Virus record (IMG/VR): IMGVR_UViG_3300006749_000011 | Location: 1 to 64,000 of that record | Length of the DNA: 64,000 nucleotides | Source: a virus | Strand: one strand, 5' to 3' | Shown: one piece after another, positions 51,234 through 60,560 of the stretch | How the letters are laid out: each line of letters opens with the position of its first letter | Position numbering within the stretch: the stretch's first letter is position 1 | Notes under the pieces: generated by a model | What the model was told of the DNA's origin: nothing | What the model saw: only the letters and a program-made list of their open reading frames with translations | Database searches by the model: none | Made by a program: the position numbers and the translations under genes

Positions 51234-51959
51234 ATGCAATTGATTATGGAAAACTGGAAACAATTTATAAAAGAAAATGTTGGCTCAAAGTTCAAAATTT
51301 TTTTAGATATGGACGGAGTTCTAGTAGCATTTACCAAAGGTCATGCAGAAGCCATCATAGCATCTATTCAAAAAGACCCAGAGACAATCAAATCTAAAAG
51401 TTCAAAAAAAATATTAAAAAAAATTAACGCCTATCAAGGAGAAGATCGAGAAGAGATTACCATAGACTTTTTAAATAATTTATTAGTTAAAAGAGACAAC
51501 AAACTTGAAATGACAAAGTGGGAAAAACTAATAAAAAGTTTTCAATTTAAACCAATAACCAACAACATGGACTATTGGGTTAATTTAGAAAAGGCTGAAG
51601 GTTGTGATGAACTAGTTAAAGGTTGCCGCGATCTTGTTGGCTATGAAAATGTTTACATTTTATCTGCTCCAATAAACAACGACGAAGGCTCTTATCAAGG
51701 AAAAATGGAATGGTTAAAAAACTCTGGTCTTGGCTTTGATGAGGAGCACATTATTTTAAATTCAGAAAAACAAGAAGTGACTGATCGGTTTCCAAACGCT
51801 ACATGTATTTTAGTAGATGATAGAGAAAAATATTTAAATAAATTTGCAGATGAAGATTTGGAAAATCCTGGAATTGGAGTGTTACATTCGCCAAAAGCAT
51901 CATTAAATGGAGCTAGCAACTCTTTAAACAAACTTAAAGAAATTATAAAAACTTCTTGA
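51234..51959 (+). CDS. HAD-family 5'(3')-deoxyribonucleotidase-like protein with N-terminal leader
   Basis: FLDMDGVL (motif I), ILSAP, K..W, K, LVDD. Confidence 0.8.
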   Translation: MQLIMENWKQFIKENVGSKFKIFLDMDGVLVAFTKGHAEAIIASIQKDPETIKSKSSKKILKKINAYQGEDREEITIDFLNNLLVKRDNKLEMTKWEKLIKSFQFKPITNNMDYWVNLEKAEGCDELVKGCRDLVGYENVYILSAPINNDEGSYQGKMEWLKNSGLGFDEEHIILNSEKQEVTDRFPNATCILVDDREKYLNKFADEDLENPGIGVLHSPKASLNGASNSLNKLKEIIKTS

Positions 51960-51987
51960 CAAATTTTCAAAACGTGTTATACTAAAA
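51956..51987 (+). repeat. Repeat A copy 2 (promoter of the primase gene)
   Basis: Identical to 51175-51206; contains the TGA stop of the upstream gene; GGAGG RBS follows. Confidence 0.95.
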
Positions 51988-52001
51988 TCACGGAGGAAAT
52001 T

Positions 52002-52937
52002 ATGGAGGAAAAAAGAAAGATGTTAACCGACATGCTCGGTTCATATCATCGTAAGGGTAATGAACATTTGTATCACTGTCCTTATTGTAAACACCACAAA
52101 AAGAAAATGTCTGTAAACTTTGCAAATGGATTCTTTAAATGTTGGGTTTGCGATATTCGTGGAAAGAACATTTACAGGATTGTAAGAAAATTTGGCAATT
52201 ACCAACAGAGGCAACGTTGGTTAGAGCTTGATGGTAGACTTGATCTCAAAGACTTTGATAAAATATATAAAGAAATAAACGAAATCGAAGAAGAGCCAAC
52301 CTGCGACCTGCCAAAAGAAATAATTTCTCTTTGTAATAAAAGACTTCCACGCTCATCTCGTAAAGCAATTGATTATCTTCACAATAGAGGTATTGACGAT
52401 TACCAAATAAAACTATGGAAAATTGGATATTGTACCGAGGGTAGATACGGAGGTAGAATCATTATCCCATCTTTCAATTCTAACGGAGATCCAAACTTCT
52501 TTATTGCTCGTTCTTATGTCGGACACAGAATGAAGTACCTCAATCCAAGAACCACAAAAGACATTATATTTAATGAATTAATGATTGACTGGGATGAGCC
52601 TGTTACAATTGTTGAGGGAGCCTTTGATGCTATCGTCGCAGGAACACAAGGCATTCCAATTCTTGGTTCAACTCTTAGACCACAGTCTCGTTTGTTTCAA
52701 GCTCTTGCGATAAACGACACACCAGTCTACATTGGTCTTGACCAAGATGCGGAGAAGAAAGCATCGTGGATGATTAAGAAAATGATTGAATACGACATGG
52801 AGGTCTACAAGATAGACACTTCTGCCGTTGAAGATGTCGGTTCTATGACTCCTCGACAATTCGAGAACGCAAAAGATAGGGCTCAACCTATAGACCCCGA
52901 CTATTTCTTTTTTGATAAATTACTAAACGCTATCTAA
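52002..52937 (+). CDS. DNA primase (Zn finger + TOPRIM)
   Basis: CPYC...CWVC, RIIIP, KYLN, VEGAFD, LDQD. Confidence 0.9.
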   Translation: MEEKRKMLTDMLGSYHRKGNEHLYHCPYCKHHKKKMSVNFANGFFKCWVCDIRGKNIYRIVRKFGNYQQRQRWLELDGRLDLKDFDKIYKEINEIEEEPTCDLPKEIISLCNKRLPRSSRKAIDYLHNRGIDDYQIKLWKIGYCTEGRYGGRIIIPSFNSNGDPNFFIARSYVGHRMKYLNPRTTKDIIFNELMIDWDEPVTIVEGAFDAIVAGTQGIPILGSTLRPQSRLFQALAINDTPVYIGLDQDAEKKASWMIKKMIEYDMEVYKIDTSAVEDVGSMTPRQFENAKDRAQPIDPDYFFFDKLLNAI

Positions 52938-52950
52938 CCATGGAGGATAT

Positions 52951-55900
52951 ATGATAAAAATAGCACACTTTGCGGATACACATATTCGTAATCTTAAATT
53001 TCATGACGAATACAGGTTTGTATTCAATCAGATATACAAAAAACTACAAAGCCAAAAGCCGGACTACATTGTTCATTGTGGTGACTTGGCTCATACAAAG
53101 ACACAGTTGTCACCAGAGTATTTTGCTCTGGCCTCTGAGTTTTTAAAGAATTTGGCAGACATAGCACCGACCTACATCATTCTTGGGAACCATGACGGTA
53201 ATCTAAAGAACTCTGATAGGGAAGATGCTGTATCGCCTATTGTAAATGCACTAAACCACCCACAGCTCCACTTGTTGAAGAACTCTGGTCGTGTTTCTCC
53301 ACAAGACGGTTTATGGTTCAATGTTCTTTCTATTTTTGATAGAGGTGCTTGGATGCGACCAAAAACCGGAGATATAAATATTGCTCTTTATCATGGTGCT
53401 GTTATGGGCTCTAGAACAGGTTCCGGCTGGGCTATGGAACACGGAGATGATGATATTAGTATCTTCAAAGGTCATGATTATGTTATGCTTGGAGACATAC
53501 ACAAACCACAGATTTTAGATACTGAGGGCCGCGTTCAGTATGCTGGTTCTACAATACAACAAAACTTTTCAGAGGACGGAAGAAAAGGATACAAACTTTG
53601 GACAATTAGATCAAAAGATGATTTTGATGCTCAACATGTTATCTTTTCAAATCCCCGACCATTTGTTACTATTAATCTAGATGACAAGGGCAAGATACCT
53701 CAACACTATCACATTCCACATGGGTGTCGTCTTAGACTAATCTCAACTGTAAACATGGATAGCTCATCCATCCGCAAAATTACCGATTTAGCGCGTTCTA
53801 AGTACAATCCGGTGTCTTTATCCTTTTTAAACAAAGGGACGTCTAATTTCACATCCTCAGACGGTCAAGAACACAAAATGGAGAATATGCGAGATGTCTC
53901 CGTTCAAGAGAGGTATATTCGAGAATATCTAAAAGATTATGAACTAGAAGAGGACTTGATGAGTCAAGTGCTAGATCTAAACACTAAGTATAATAAAGAG
54001 GTCGAGAAAATTGAAGAGGTACGAAGAAACGTCAAATGGAATATTAAAGAGATGGAGTTCTCAAATCTCTTTAACTATGGACAAGGTAATACTTTGGACT
54101 TTGCAAATCTCTCTGGAACTGTTGGCATTTTTGGCAAGAACTACAGTGGGAAGTCTTCTGTTATTGATTCTGCTCTTTATGGCATTTATGGCGGAACCAG
54201 CAAAGCCGAGAAGAAGAACGTTCACCTCGTCAATCAAAACAAAACTAAAGCCTCTATCAAGATGGTGGTCGAAGCAGATGGTCAAGAGTACCAAATTACT
54301 CGTAATCTTAATAAATCTTATAAAACCCAACGAGGAAAGTCCATCCCTGTGGCCTCTGGTGATCTTGACTTCCATAATCTCACTACCGATAGTTCTTGCA
54401 ACGGTGATTCTGTAAAAGATACTGAGGCTAACATAAGAAAGATTTTTGGTAATATTGAAGACTTCATGATTACTTCCATGGCATCACAGTTGGACTCTCT
54501 TGCATTTATCAAAGAAGGGTCTACAAAGCGTAAGAATAAATTGGCCAAGTTTCTTGACCTTGACATCTTTGAACAAAAGCTAAGCTTTGCAAAGAAAGAC
54601 TCTTCTGAGATATCCGCACTAATAAAGCGTCTTAAAAATAAAAAAATTACAGAACTGTTAGTAGCCAAGCAAGAAGAGATAGAAGAAATCAATGATGATA
54701 TAGACCACCAAACAGATTTGTGCAAAAAATACAACACACGTTACGAAGAACTACTTGAAGATTTTTTAAAGATAGAAGAAGAGATTAGTTCTATTCCACA
54801 AAATATCATTGATATTGATGAACTAGAAGATGAAATAGATCGTCTTGATTTAGAAATTCACAAAGCTGGTGTAAAAGTATCTGAAAACAAACAGCAGATA
54901 AAACAAAACCAACTTGCTATTCAACAAGCAGATGATATTGTAGACTCTATAAACAAACATAGGCTTACGAAAATTTTAGAGCAGTGTAGTGAGTTCGAAG
55001 AAGCTCTAAAGTCCTCAGAACAAGAACTTAAGAAGCTTAAAACAACAGAAAAACAATCTATTAAAAAAATCAATATGCTTCATGACCATAAGTACGATCC
55101 TGATTGTGAGTATTGCTCTAACAACAAATTTGTCAAAGATGCTACAAAAGCCAAAGATTATCTCCCAACTCTTGAAGAAGAGATTGAGGAAGTAGAAAAA
55201 ATAATTGATGGTTGGAAATTGAGTATCTTTGGCCTCGATAAAGAATCAGCTAAGAAAGAATTGCAAACTTTGGATAACAGTATAACTAAAAGAGACAAGT
55301 TTATGGCTACAAACAAGAATTTAGAAATAACAAACGAATCTCTTGTTTCTAGAATTTCTTTGATGGGTAACCAAAAATCATCTTTGGAACAAGAGCGAGA
55401 TGAATATAATGCTAACCGCCAAGCGATTGAAAATCTTTCCTCCTTGGTAAAATCTAAAAACGCAGTTAAGATAAAAATGTCTGAGTCCAAAGAAAGAAAA
55501 GAAAAATGTGACAAAAAGATTCAAGATTATCTTGTTGAACTTGGAGCTGTCAAAAGTACCATCAAGCGCCTTCATGTCGAAAAGCGAGAGCAAGATGAGC
55601 TGGAAGAGTCGTTTATTGCCTATGAGTTGTTTATGCGCTGTATGCATCCCAACGGAATTGCCTATGAGATAATTAAACAGAAATTGTCGCTTATTAACGA
55701 GGAAATACAAAAGTGTCTTGCAAATATTGTCGACTTTGAAGTTATGTTCGAAGAAGATGGTCGAAACCTTGACATAAATATCAAGCATCCAAAGTATGAC
55801 TCCCGTCCTATCTCCATGGGCTCTGGTGCTGAGAAGACAATTGCTGCCATGGCTATACGCCTCGCTCTGATTGAAATAACGAACTTACCCAAGTCTACTT

Positions 55901-56091
55901 TGTTTATTATGGACGAACCAGCAACGGCTCTTGACCAAGAACACATGGAAGGCTTTGTTCGTTTAATCGATATGATAAAGGATAAGTTCAAAACGGTGTT
56001 ATTGATTTCTCACTTAGATGTTTTAAAAGATTGTGTTGATAAGACGATAGACATACAAAAAGTCGGTGGTTATGCTAAAGTAAACTGTTAA
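52951..56091 (+). CDS. Fused Mre11/SbcD nuclease - Rad50/SbcC ATPase (gp47-gp46-like)
   Basis: DTH, GD, GNHD, GDIH; Walker A GKNYSGKS; coiled coil with CEYC hook; SGAE signature; MDEP; ISH. Confidence 0.92.
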   Translation: MIKIAHFADTHIRNLKFHDEYRFVFNQIYKKLQSQKPDYIVHCGDLAHTKTQLSPEYFALASEFLKNLADIAPTYIILGNHDGNLKNSDREDAVSPIVNALNHPQLHLLKNSGRVSPQDGLWFNVLSIFDRGAWMRPKTGDINIALYHGAVMGSRTGSGWAMEHGDDDISIFKGHDYVMLGDIHKPQILDTEGRVQYAGSTIQQNFSEDGRKGYKLWTIRSKDDFDAQHVIFSNPRPFVTINLDDKGKIPQHYHIPHGCRLRLISTVNMDSSSIRKITDLARSKYNPVSLSFLNKGTSNFTSSDGQEHKMENMRDVSVQERYIREYLKDYELEEDLMSQVLDLNTKYNKEVEKIEEVRRNVKWNIKEMEFSNLFNYGQGNTLDFANLSGTVGIFGKNYSGKSSVIDSALYGIYGGTSKAEKKNVHLVNQNKTKASIKMVVEADGQEYQITRNLNKSYKTQRGKSIPVASGDLDFHNLTTDSSCNGDSVKDTEANIRKIFGNIEDFMITSMASQLDSLAFIKEGSTKRKNKLAKFLDLDIFEQKLSFAKKDSSEISALIKRLKNKKITELLVAKQEEIEEINDDIDHQTDLCKKYNTRYEELLEDFLKIEEEISSIPQNIIDIDELEDEIDRLDLEIHKAGVKVSENKQQIKQNQLAIQQADDIVDSINKHRLTKILEQCSEFEEALKSSEQELKKLKTTEKQSIKKINMLHDHKYDPDCEYCSNNKFVKDATKAKDYLPTLEEEIEEVEKIIDGWKLSIFGLDKESAKKELQTLDNSITKRDKFMATNKNLEITNESLVSRISLMGNQKSSLEQERDEYNANRQAIENLSSLVKSKNAVKIKMSESKERKEKCDKKIQDYLVELGAVKSTIKRLHVEKREQDELEESFIAYELFMRCMHPNGIAYEIIKQKLSLINEEIQKCLANIVDFEVMFEEDGRNLDINIKHPKYDSRPISMGSGAEKTIAAMAIRLALIEITNLPKSTLFIMDEPATALDQEHMEGFVRLIDMIKDKFKTVLLISHLDVLKDCVDKTIDIQKVGGYAKVNC

Positions 56092-56101
56092 ATCTATTTC
56101 C

Positions 56102-56142
56102 AAAGCCTATTTAGTGTAAAAGCTATCTAGGCTTTTTCTTTT
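56102..56142 (+). terminator. Hairpin + T tract (intrinsic terminator candidate) overlapping a CTATTTA motif
   Basis: AAAGCCTA (56102-56109) / TAGGCTTT (56128-56135) inverted repeat followed by TTCTTTT. Confidence 0.55.
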
Positions 56143-56153
56143 GGAGATTAAAG

Positions 56154-56426
56154 ATGAAACTCACAGAAAAACAAATCAAAAAGATTATCAAAGAAGAACT
56201 CAATAAAATTCTTAAAGAAAGTATGAGCCCTGATCACCCTGACTATGATCATGTTGCTGGTATTATTATGAGAACTTTTCAAAACATGATGCACCTTGCT
56301 CCATTGGTAAAACAAGGCATGGGGCATATGTTCGAAAATGACATTTATCATCATGTTGCTGAGGAAGCTCCTGAGCATGCAGAGTATATAACCCAAAGAG
56401 TAATGCAAATGCTTAAGGAAGTGTAA
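56154..56426 (+). CDS. Small protein with MKLTEKQIKKIIKEEL leader
   Basis: GGAG RBS; leader shared with 57841 and 59814. Confidence 0.75.
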   Translation: MKLTEKQIKKIIKEELNKILKESMSPDHPDYDHVAGIIMRTFQNMMHLAPLVKQGMGHMFENDIYHHVAEEAPEHAEYITQRVMQMLKEV

Positions 56427-56701
56427 TGACTAGAGAAGAATTTTTAAAAGCAGGAGAAAAAATGGAACAAGAAAGAAAAGAAAGTCTGAAACAACAACTA
56501 TACCTTGACAATAAACAAAAAGGTATCCTTGATGCTCTACAAGAGAAAGCAATCTCTCGTAAGCTGCTTGTGTTTGTATCAGCAACAGCTTTGTTATGGA
56601 ACGCACAACTAGACCCTGAAACTTGGGGAATGATTGCTATGATGTATATTGGTGGACAAACCGCCGTTGACTTTGCCAAAATGTGGCGACACGGTGGTTA
56701 G
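56426..56701 (+). CDS. Holin-like membrane protein
   Basis: SRK followed by two short hydrophobic helices, YIGGQ..VD. Confidence 0.55.
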   Translation: MTREEFLKAGEKMEQERKESLKQQLYLDNKQKGILDALQEKAISRKLLVFVSATALLWNAQLDPETWGMIAMMYIGGQTAVDFAKMWRHGG

Positions 56702-56703
56702 TC

Positions 56704-57039
56704 ATGATCTGGTTGTACAAAGCAAAGAATTGGATTGTAGCTCATAAGAACTGGTTGGTTCTTATGGGTTTGTTCGTTTTATCTTATGCTCTTGGCAAGA
56801 AAGCAAACAAGAACTATCTTGAAATGGCTAACTTAGCTAAAAAACAATACAAGAAAGATAACGAAGAACTTGAGCATTTACAAAAAGCAAAACAAGCTAG
56901 AGATAAGAAAGCAAAACAAAAAGCAAAAGCTGTAAAGGTTGCTCTTGAATCTGAGAAAGAAAAAAGATTAAAAGAATTAGAAACACAAAAAGCTGATCCT
57001 GATGATGTCTTTAAAAACTTAGGAATAAAAAAGAAATGA
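56704..57039 (+). CDS. i-spanin-like protein
   Basis: N-terminal TM helix then Lys/Glu coiled coil; start moved to ATG 56704. Confidence 0.45.
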   Translation: MIWLYKAKNWIVAHKNWLVLMGLFVLSYALGKKANKNYLEMANLAKKQYKKDNEELEHLQKAKQARDKKAKQKAKAVKVALESEKEKRLKELETQKADPDDVFKNLGIKKK

Positions 57040-57425
57040 TTTTCTTACTATCTTTAGCATTTGCAGACGCACCCGAATACACCTACCTTGAAACAGGGGA
57101 ACCAGCTCCGTTTGCTGGTCGTTTGTTTAACGACGAAGCGTCACAATTGATAGCTAACCAAGTCCAAGATGCAACAGATAAGTGTCTTATTGAACTGGAC
57201 TATCAAGTCGGAATGGCTCTTGCAAAGAAAAACGAAGAAATTCAAGAGATAAGATCAAAGCATATCTACCAAAAGAAAGCCCTAGCATCTAAGATTGAAT
57301 CCCAACAGAAGCGGATAGAAGACTTGGAGAAATTAAAAACACCATCAAAGAAGGAGCTTTGGTTCTCTTTGGGACTAATTAGTGGTGTAGCAATCACTAT
57401 AGCTATAGCAAACGCGGTGAACTAA
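57036..57425 (+). CDS. Secreted coiled-coil protein with C-terminal TM (spanin-partner candidate)
   Basis: MIFLLSLAFA signal peptide, coiled coil, hydrophobic C-terminus; ATGA-coupled to the previous gene. Confidence 0.45.
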   Translation: MIFLLSLAFADAPEYTYLETGEPAPFAGRLFNDEASQLIANQVQDATDKCLIELDYQVGMALAKKNEEIQEIRSKHIYQKKALASKIESQQKRIEDLEKLKTPSKKELWFSLGLISGVAITIAIANAVN

Positions 57426-57427
57426 AA

Positions 57428-57844
57428 ATGTTAATAAAAATTATTAAAAAAGTAAAGGACTTGGTATGCCCACCAGCAACTCAGGACCTAGCTCTTAACA
57501 CAAAGAACCGAGATGCAACAATAAAAAAATATAATTACGGTCCTCTAAATGTTGACGAACCAGCAGATTACTGGAAAAAAATAGCTAAGTATTGGAAAAC
57601 AACTGAAAAAGCAGCTATGAAATCTGTGTGTTATAATTGCGTTGCCTTCGACATCTCTCCTCGTATGAAAGATTGTTTACCTGGAGATACTTTTGATGAT
57701 GACGGTATTTTAGGATACTGTTGGATGCACCATTTTAAATGTCATTCTGCTCGTGCCTGTCACACTTGGGCTAAAGGCGGACCAATAAAAAACAATAAAG
57801 AATCAGCAGAGTGGCAAAAGAAAAACTCTGGTGGTATGAAATGA
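57428..57844 (+). CDS. Cys/His-rich small phage protein
   Basis: CYNC...C...YCWMHHFKC...C..W. Confidence 0.6.
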   Translation: MLIKIIKKVKDLVCPPATQDLALNTKNRDATIKKYNYGPLNVDEPADYWKKIAKYWKTTEKAAMKSVCYNCVAFDISPRMKDCLPGDTFDDDGILGYCWMHHFKCHSARACHTWAKGGPIKNNKESAEWQKKNSGGMK

Positions 57845-58899
57845 AAATAACAAAACAAGATATAAAAAGAATGATAAAAGAAGAACTCCGAAGATTTCTT
57901 GATGAAGACTTATCATTATTAAGAGACATGACGCCCGGCGATGTTCTCGAGTACATGAGACGAGAATTGAACGGAAAGACTTGGTTTTTTTGGGATTTAG
58001 AAACAATTGGTTTTGATGGACAGATTACACAATATGGAGCTATAGCTTATAAGATTGATGATATTGATGGTCCGATTCCAACTAAGCCATTGGCCAGATT
58101 TGATGTAAATGTTGCTTTAAATGAAGAAACACTTGAAAGACATATTCTAGAACAGGACACAATAAACAAAGCAGATAAAGTTTTTAGTGATTTTGAAAAA
58201 ACCCGTGAGCGCACAAGAGAAATAGATTTTTTATTGAAATTACAAGATAAACGAAAAGAAGGAGTACCTTTCACTGTGGCTGATATGATTGGCTACACAA
58301 ATTATGTAACAAGACCCGACGACAGAACTGAGGTTGAAGCTATGGAAGAATTTCTAGCATGGGTTAAAGCTTTAGGTCCAAATGTTGTTTCTGTTGGTCA
58401 TAATATAAAGTCTTTTGACAGAAATAAAATTATAAAAGAAGGGCAAAAACTTGGAATTGATACCAAGGCTTTTGAACAAATAGATATCTTCGACACAGTA
58501 AACTTCCAAAGACAAGTGCTAAAGCAAATAGCACAGTATCAAATGGAACAAGGAGATCCGAGAATGACTCGTTTCTTTGACGGAAAAGAAAAAGAAATAA
58601 AAGGCGAAGTAAAAACCATAATGTCTTTCAATGGAAAACTTCAAAGAATGATGGATATATATGGACCAGGACCAGATTACATTCAATTGCACACGGCAAT
58701 TGACGACACAAGGCAACTAATTACTGCTTTTTTTAATATGTATACTGAAGTGAAAGACCTTATTATGACTAACGAAAAAATAAGAAACCTATCATCAGCT
58801 ATAAATGTACCAAGAGCACAAAAAGAACTAGGTACGAAAGATACAAAAGACCCATTAGATATCAGTAAAGCACTTAAACGAACAAAGAGGGGATTATGA
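57841..58899 (+). CDS. DEDDh 3'-5' exonuclease with N-terminal leader
   Basis: WDLET (ExoI), GHN...FD (ExoII), HTAIDD (ExoIII); start moved to ATG 57841 (ATGA overlap). Confidence 0.85.
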   Translation: MKITKQDIKRMIKEELRRFLDEDLSLLRDMTPGDVLEYMRRELNGKTWFFWDLETIGFDGQITQYGAIAYKIDDIDGPIPTKPLARFDVNVALNEETLERHILEQDTINKADKVFSDFEKTRERTREIDFLLKLQDKRKEGVPFTVADMIGYTNYVTRPDDRTEVEAMEEFLAWVKALGPNVVSVGHNIKSFDRNKIIKEGQKLGIDTKAFEQIDIFDTVNFQRQVLKQIAQYQMEQGDPRMTRFFDGKEKEIKGEVKTIMSFNGKLQRMMDIYGPGPDYIQLHTAIDDTRQLITAFFNMYTEVKDLIMTNEKIRNLSSAINVPRAQKELGTKDTKDPLDISKALKRTKRGL

Positions 58900-59270
58900 A
58901 AAAGAATGATCCAAACTATATTGTAAAAGTGGAAAAAGCAATTGCAGAAAAATACGGTGAAGAAGCAATTGATAATCCAAAGCGACACTGGACTGATGAA
59001 AAAGAGAAAGAATATGTAAAGCAACTAAAAGACCTTTACACAACATCAAACGAAAAAGACAACTTCCAAGTTGAAGTTGGTGGCGTTTTTATTGCAGAGA
59101 AACTAATTACGAAAGAATCTAAACGTTCTTGTCCTGTTTGTAATACTTATTCATTTAAATCAAGAGACGATGTCTATATGGCAAAATTTGATTGTTGTGA
59201 AAAATGTTATATTCAATGGATTGAAGGGCGCGAAGAACGATGGCTTAAAGGATGGAGACCAAATGAGTAA
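58896..59270 (+). CDS. Zinc-finger hypothetical protein
   Basis: CPVC...CCEKC. Confidence 0.65.
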   Translation: MKKNDPNYIVKVEKAIAEKYGEEAIDNPKRHWTDEKEKEYVKQLKDLYTTSNEKDNFQVEVGGVFIAEKLITKESKRSCPVCNTYSFKSRDDVYMAKFDCCEKCYIQWIEGREERWLKGWRPNE

Positions 59271-59817
59271 CACAACATTAGAAATTATACAAGGACTAGC
59301 ACAAGCAGCAGCAAACGTTTATGACGGAGCCCATGACGAAAGATTTTCCTATGATGGTGAATCAAGAACAATGGGTCTAAAACGAGAAGAAGGCTGTCCA
59401 ATAATGGACAGCAGAGTTATAGACGGATTTAAAGTTCGTTTTTATGGAGACTCAATGATTCTTTCATATCAATCAGATATCTTATTGAAAGAAGTTTATA
59501 CAGGTAGGTTTGAACAAGACATAGAATCTATGCTAAATGACATTAAAAAGTTTTTAGAAAAAGAATATAGAGCCGTAACAGGTAAATCTGTCTCTCTCAC
59601 TTCTAAAGGTGAGCCAAATATTCTTGTTCAATCAACATCAAGGGTTCGTTCTTTTGTTGAGGCTAACCAACATTTTAAAATTGGTGGAATAGAATCTATG
59701 CCGATTCTTGAACCCTCAATTGACACTACAAGAGATGTAACAAGAAAGTTTCTAGAACAATTTTCAGACAAGCGACCACCAAACGATAAACGTAAAAAAG
59801 GAGCAAGTTCAAAATGA
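59263..59817 (+). CDS. Hypothetical protein
   Basis: GGAG RBS before ATG 59263 (MSNTTLEIIQGL). Confidence 0.65.
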   Translation: MSNTTLEIIQGLAQAAANVYDGAHDERFSYDGESRTMGLKREEGCPIMDSRVIDGFKVRFYGDSMILSYQSDILLKEVYTGRFEQDIESMLNDIKKFLEKEYRAVTGKSVSLTSKGEPNILVQSTSRVRSFVEANQHFKIGGIESMPILEPSIDTTRDVTRKFLEQFSDKRPPNDKRKKGASSK

Positions 59818-60560
59818 AAATTTCCAATGAGCAATTAAAGCAAGTTATTCGTGAAGAATTAAACAAAGTTCTTAATGAAAATATAACTGAAAATGGCACT
59901 TATCCTATAATAAATTGGCAATTAATAGAAGAGCACGAAGATACAGATACTCCTTTTGAAATTAATGATGAAGTTGTTGAGATGTTTGCTGGAGATGACG
60001 ACACATGGATTCGAAACATCTTAGGTGATGAACGTGCCGATAAAATAAGAAAAATGTTTGAAGGAGAAACAGTAGCAGAGTTTTTTGGTAACCCTGCTAA
60101 TGGGCCAGCAGTTAACCAATTCTTTTCATTAGTAGAGACCTTAACAGACGTAGAAATAAAATATCCTGTTGGTATGTTGATTCTTGGTGGTGACACACAT
60201 ATTCGTGGATACAAATTTACCTTTGTTCCTGGTATTGGGTTTTCCTTTGTAGGCGAAAGCGAAAATTTGATAAGCGCAGTTGAAGCAGAGGGAACTGATG
60301 GTAAGGTTTACTTTGAACCGGGCTACACATCAACTGATAGTTTGTTTGGTAACATGGAATATGTTTTACAAAGATATGGTGTTTTAGAACTTGAAAAAGC
60401 AATAAGAATGCATGGTCGACGTTCCAGGTATAGCGGAACCTCAGTTGATGCTGTTAATTTAGATTTTAACAAACTTATAGAACTTTTAAATAATGGAACA
60501 TTAGCGGCTAAATGGAGCCATAGATATTACGGTTACATTATAACAACTCCCTATGAGTAA
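59814..60560 (+). CDS. Acidic protein with MKISNEQLKQVIREEL leader
   Basis: AGGAG RBS, ATGA overlap; leader shared with 56154 and 57841. Confidence 0.7.
   Translation: MKISNEQLKQVIREELNKVLNENITENGTYPIINWQLIEEHEDTDTPFEINDEVVEMFAGDDDTWIRNILGDERADKIRKMFEGETVAEFFGNPANGPAVNQFFSLVETLTDVEIKYPVGMLILGGDTHIRGYKFTFVPGIGFSFVGESENLISAVEAEGTDGKVYFEPGYTSTDSLFGNMEYVLQRYGVLELEKAIRMHGRRSRYSGTSVDAVNLDFNKLIELLNNGTLAAKWSHRYYGYIITTPYE

Noticed and set aside
57374-59109. Intragenic ACTAATTA copies (57374, 58716, 59102) as promoters
   Set aside because: Inside coding sequence in an AT-rich genome; plausible but unsupported without TSS data
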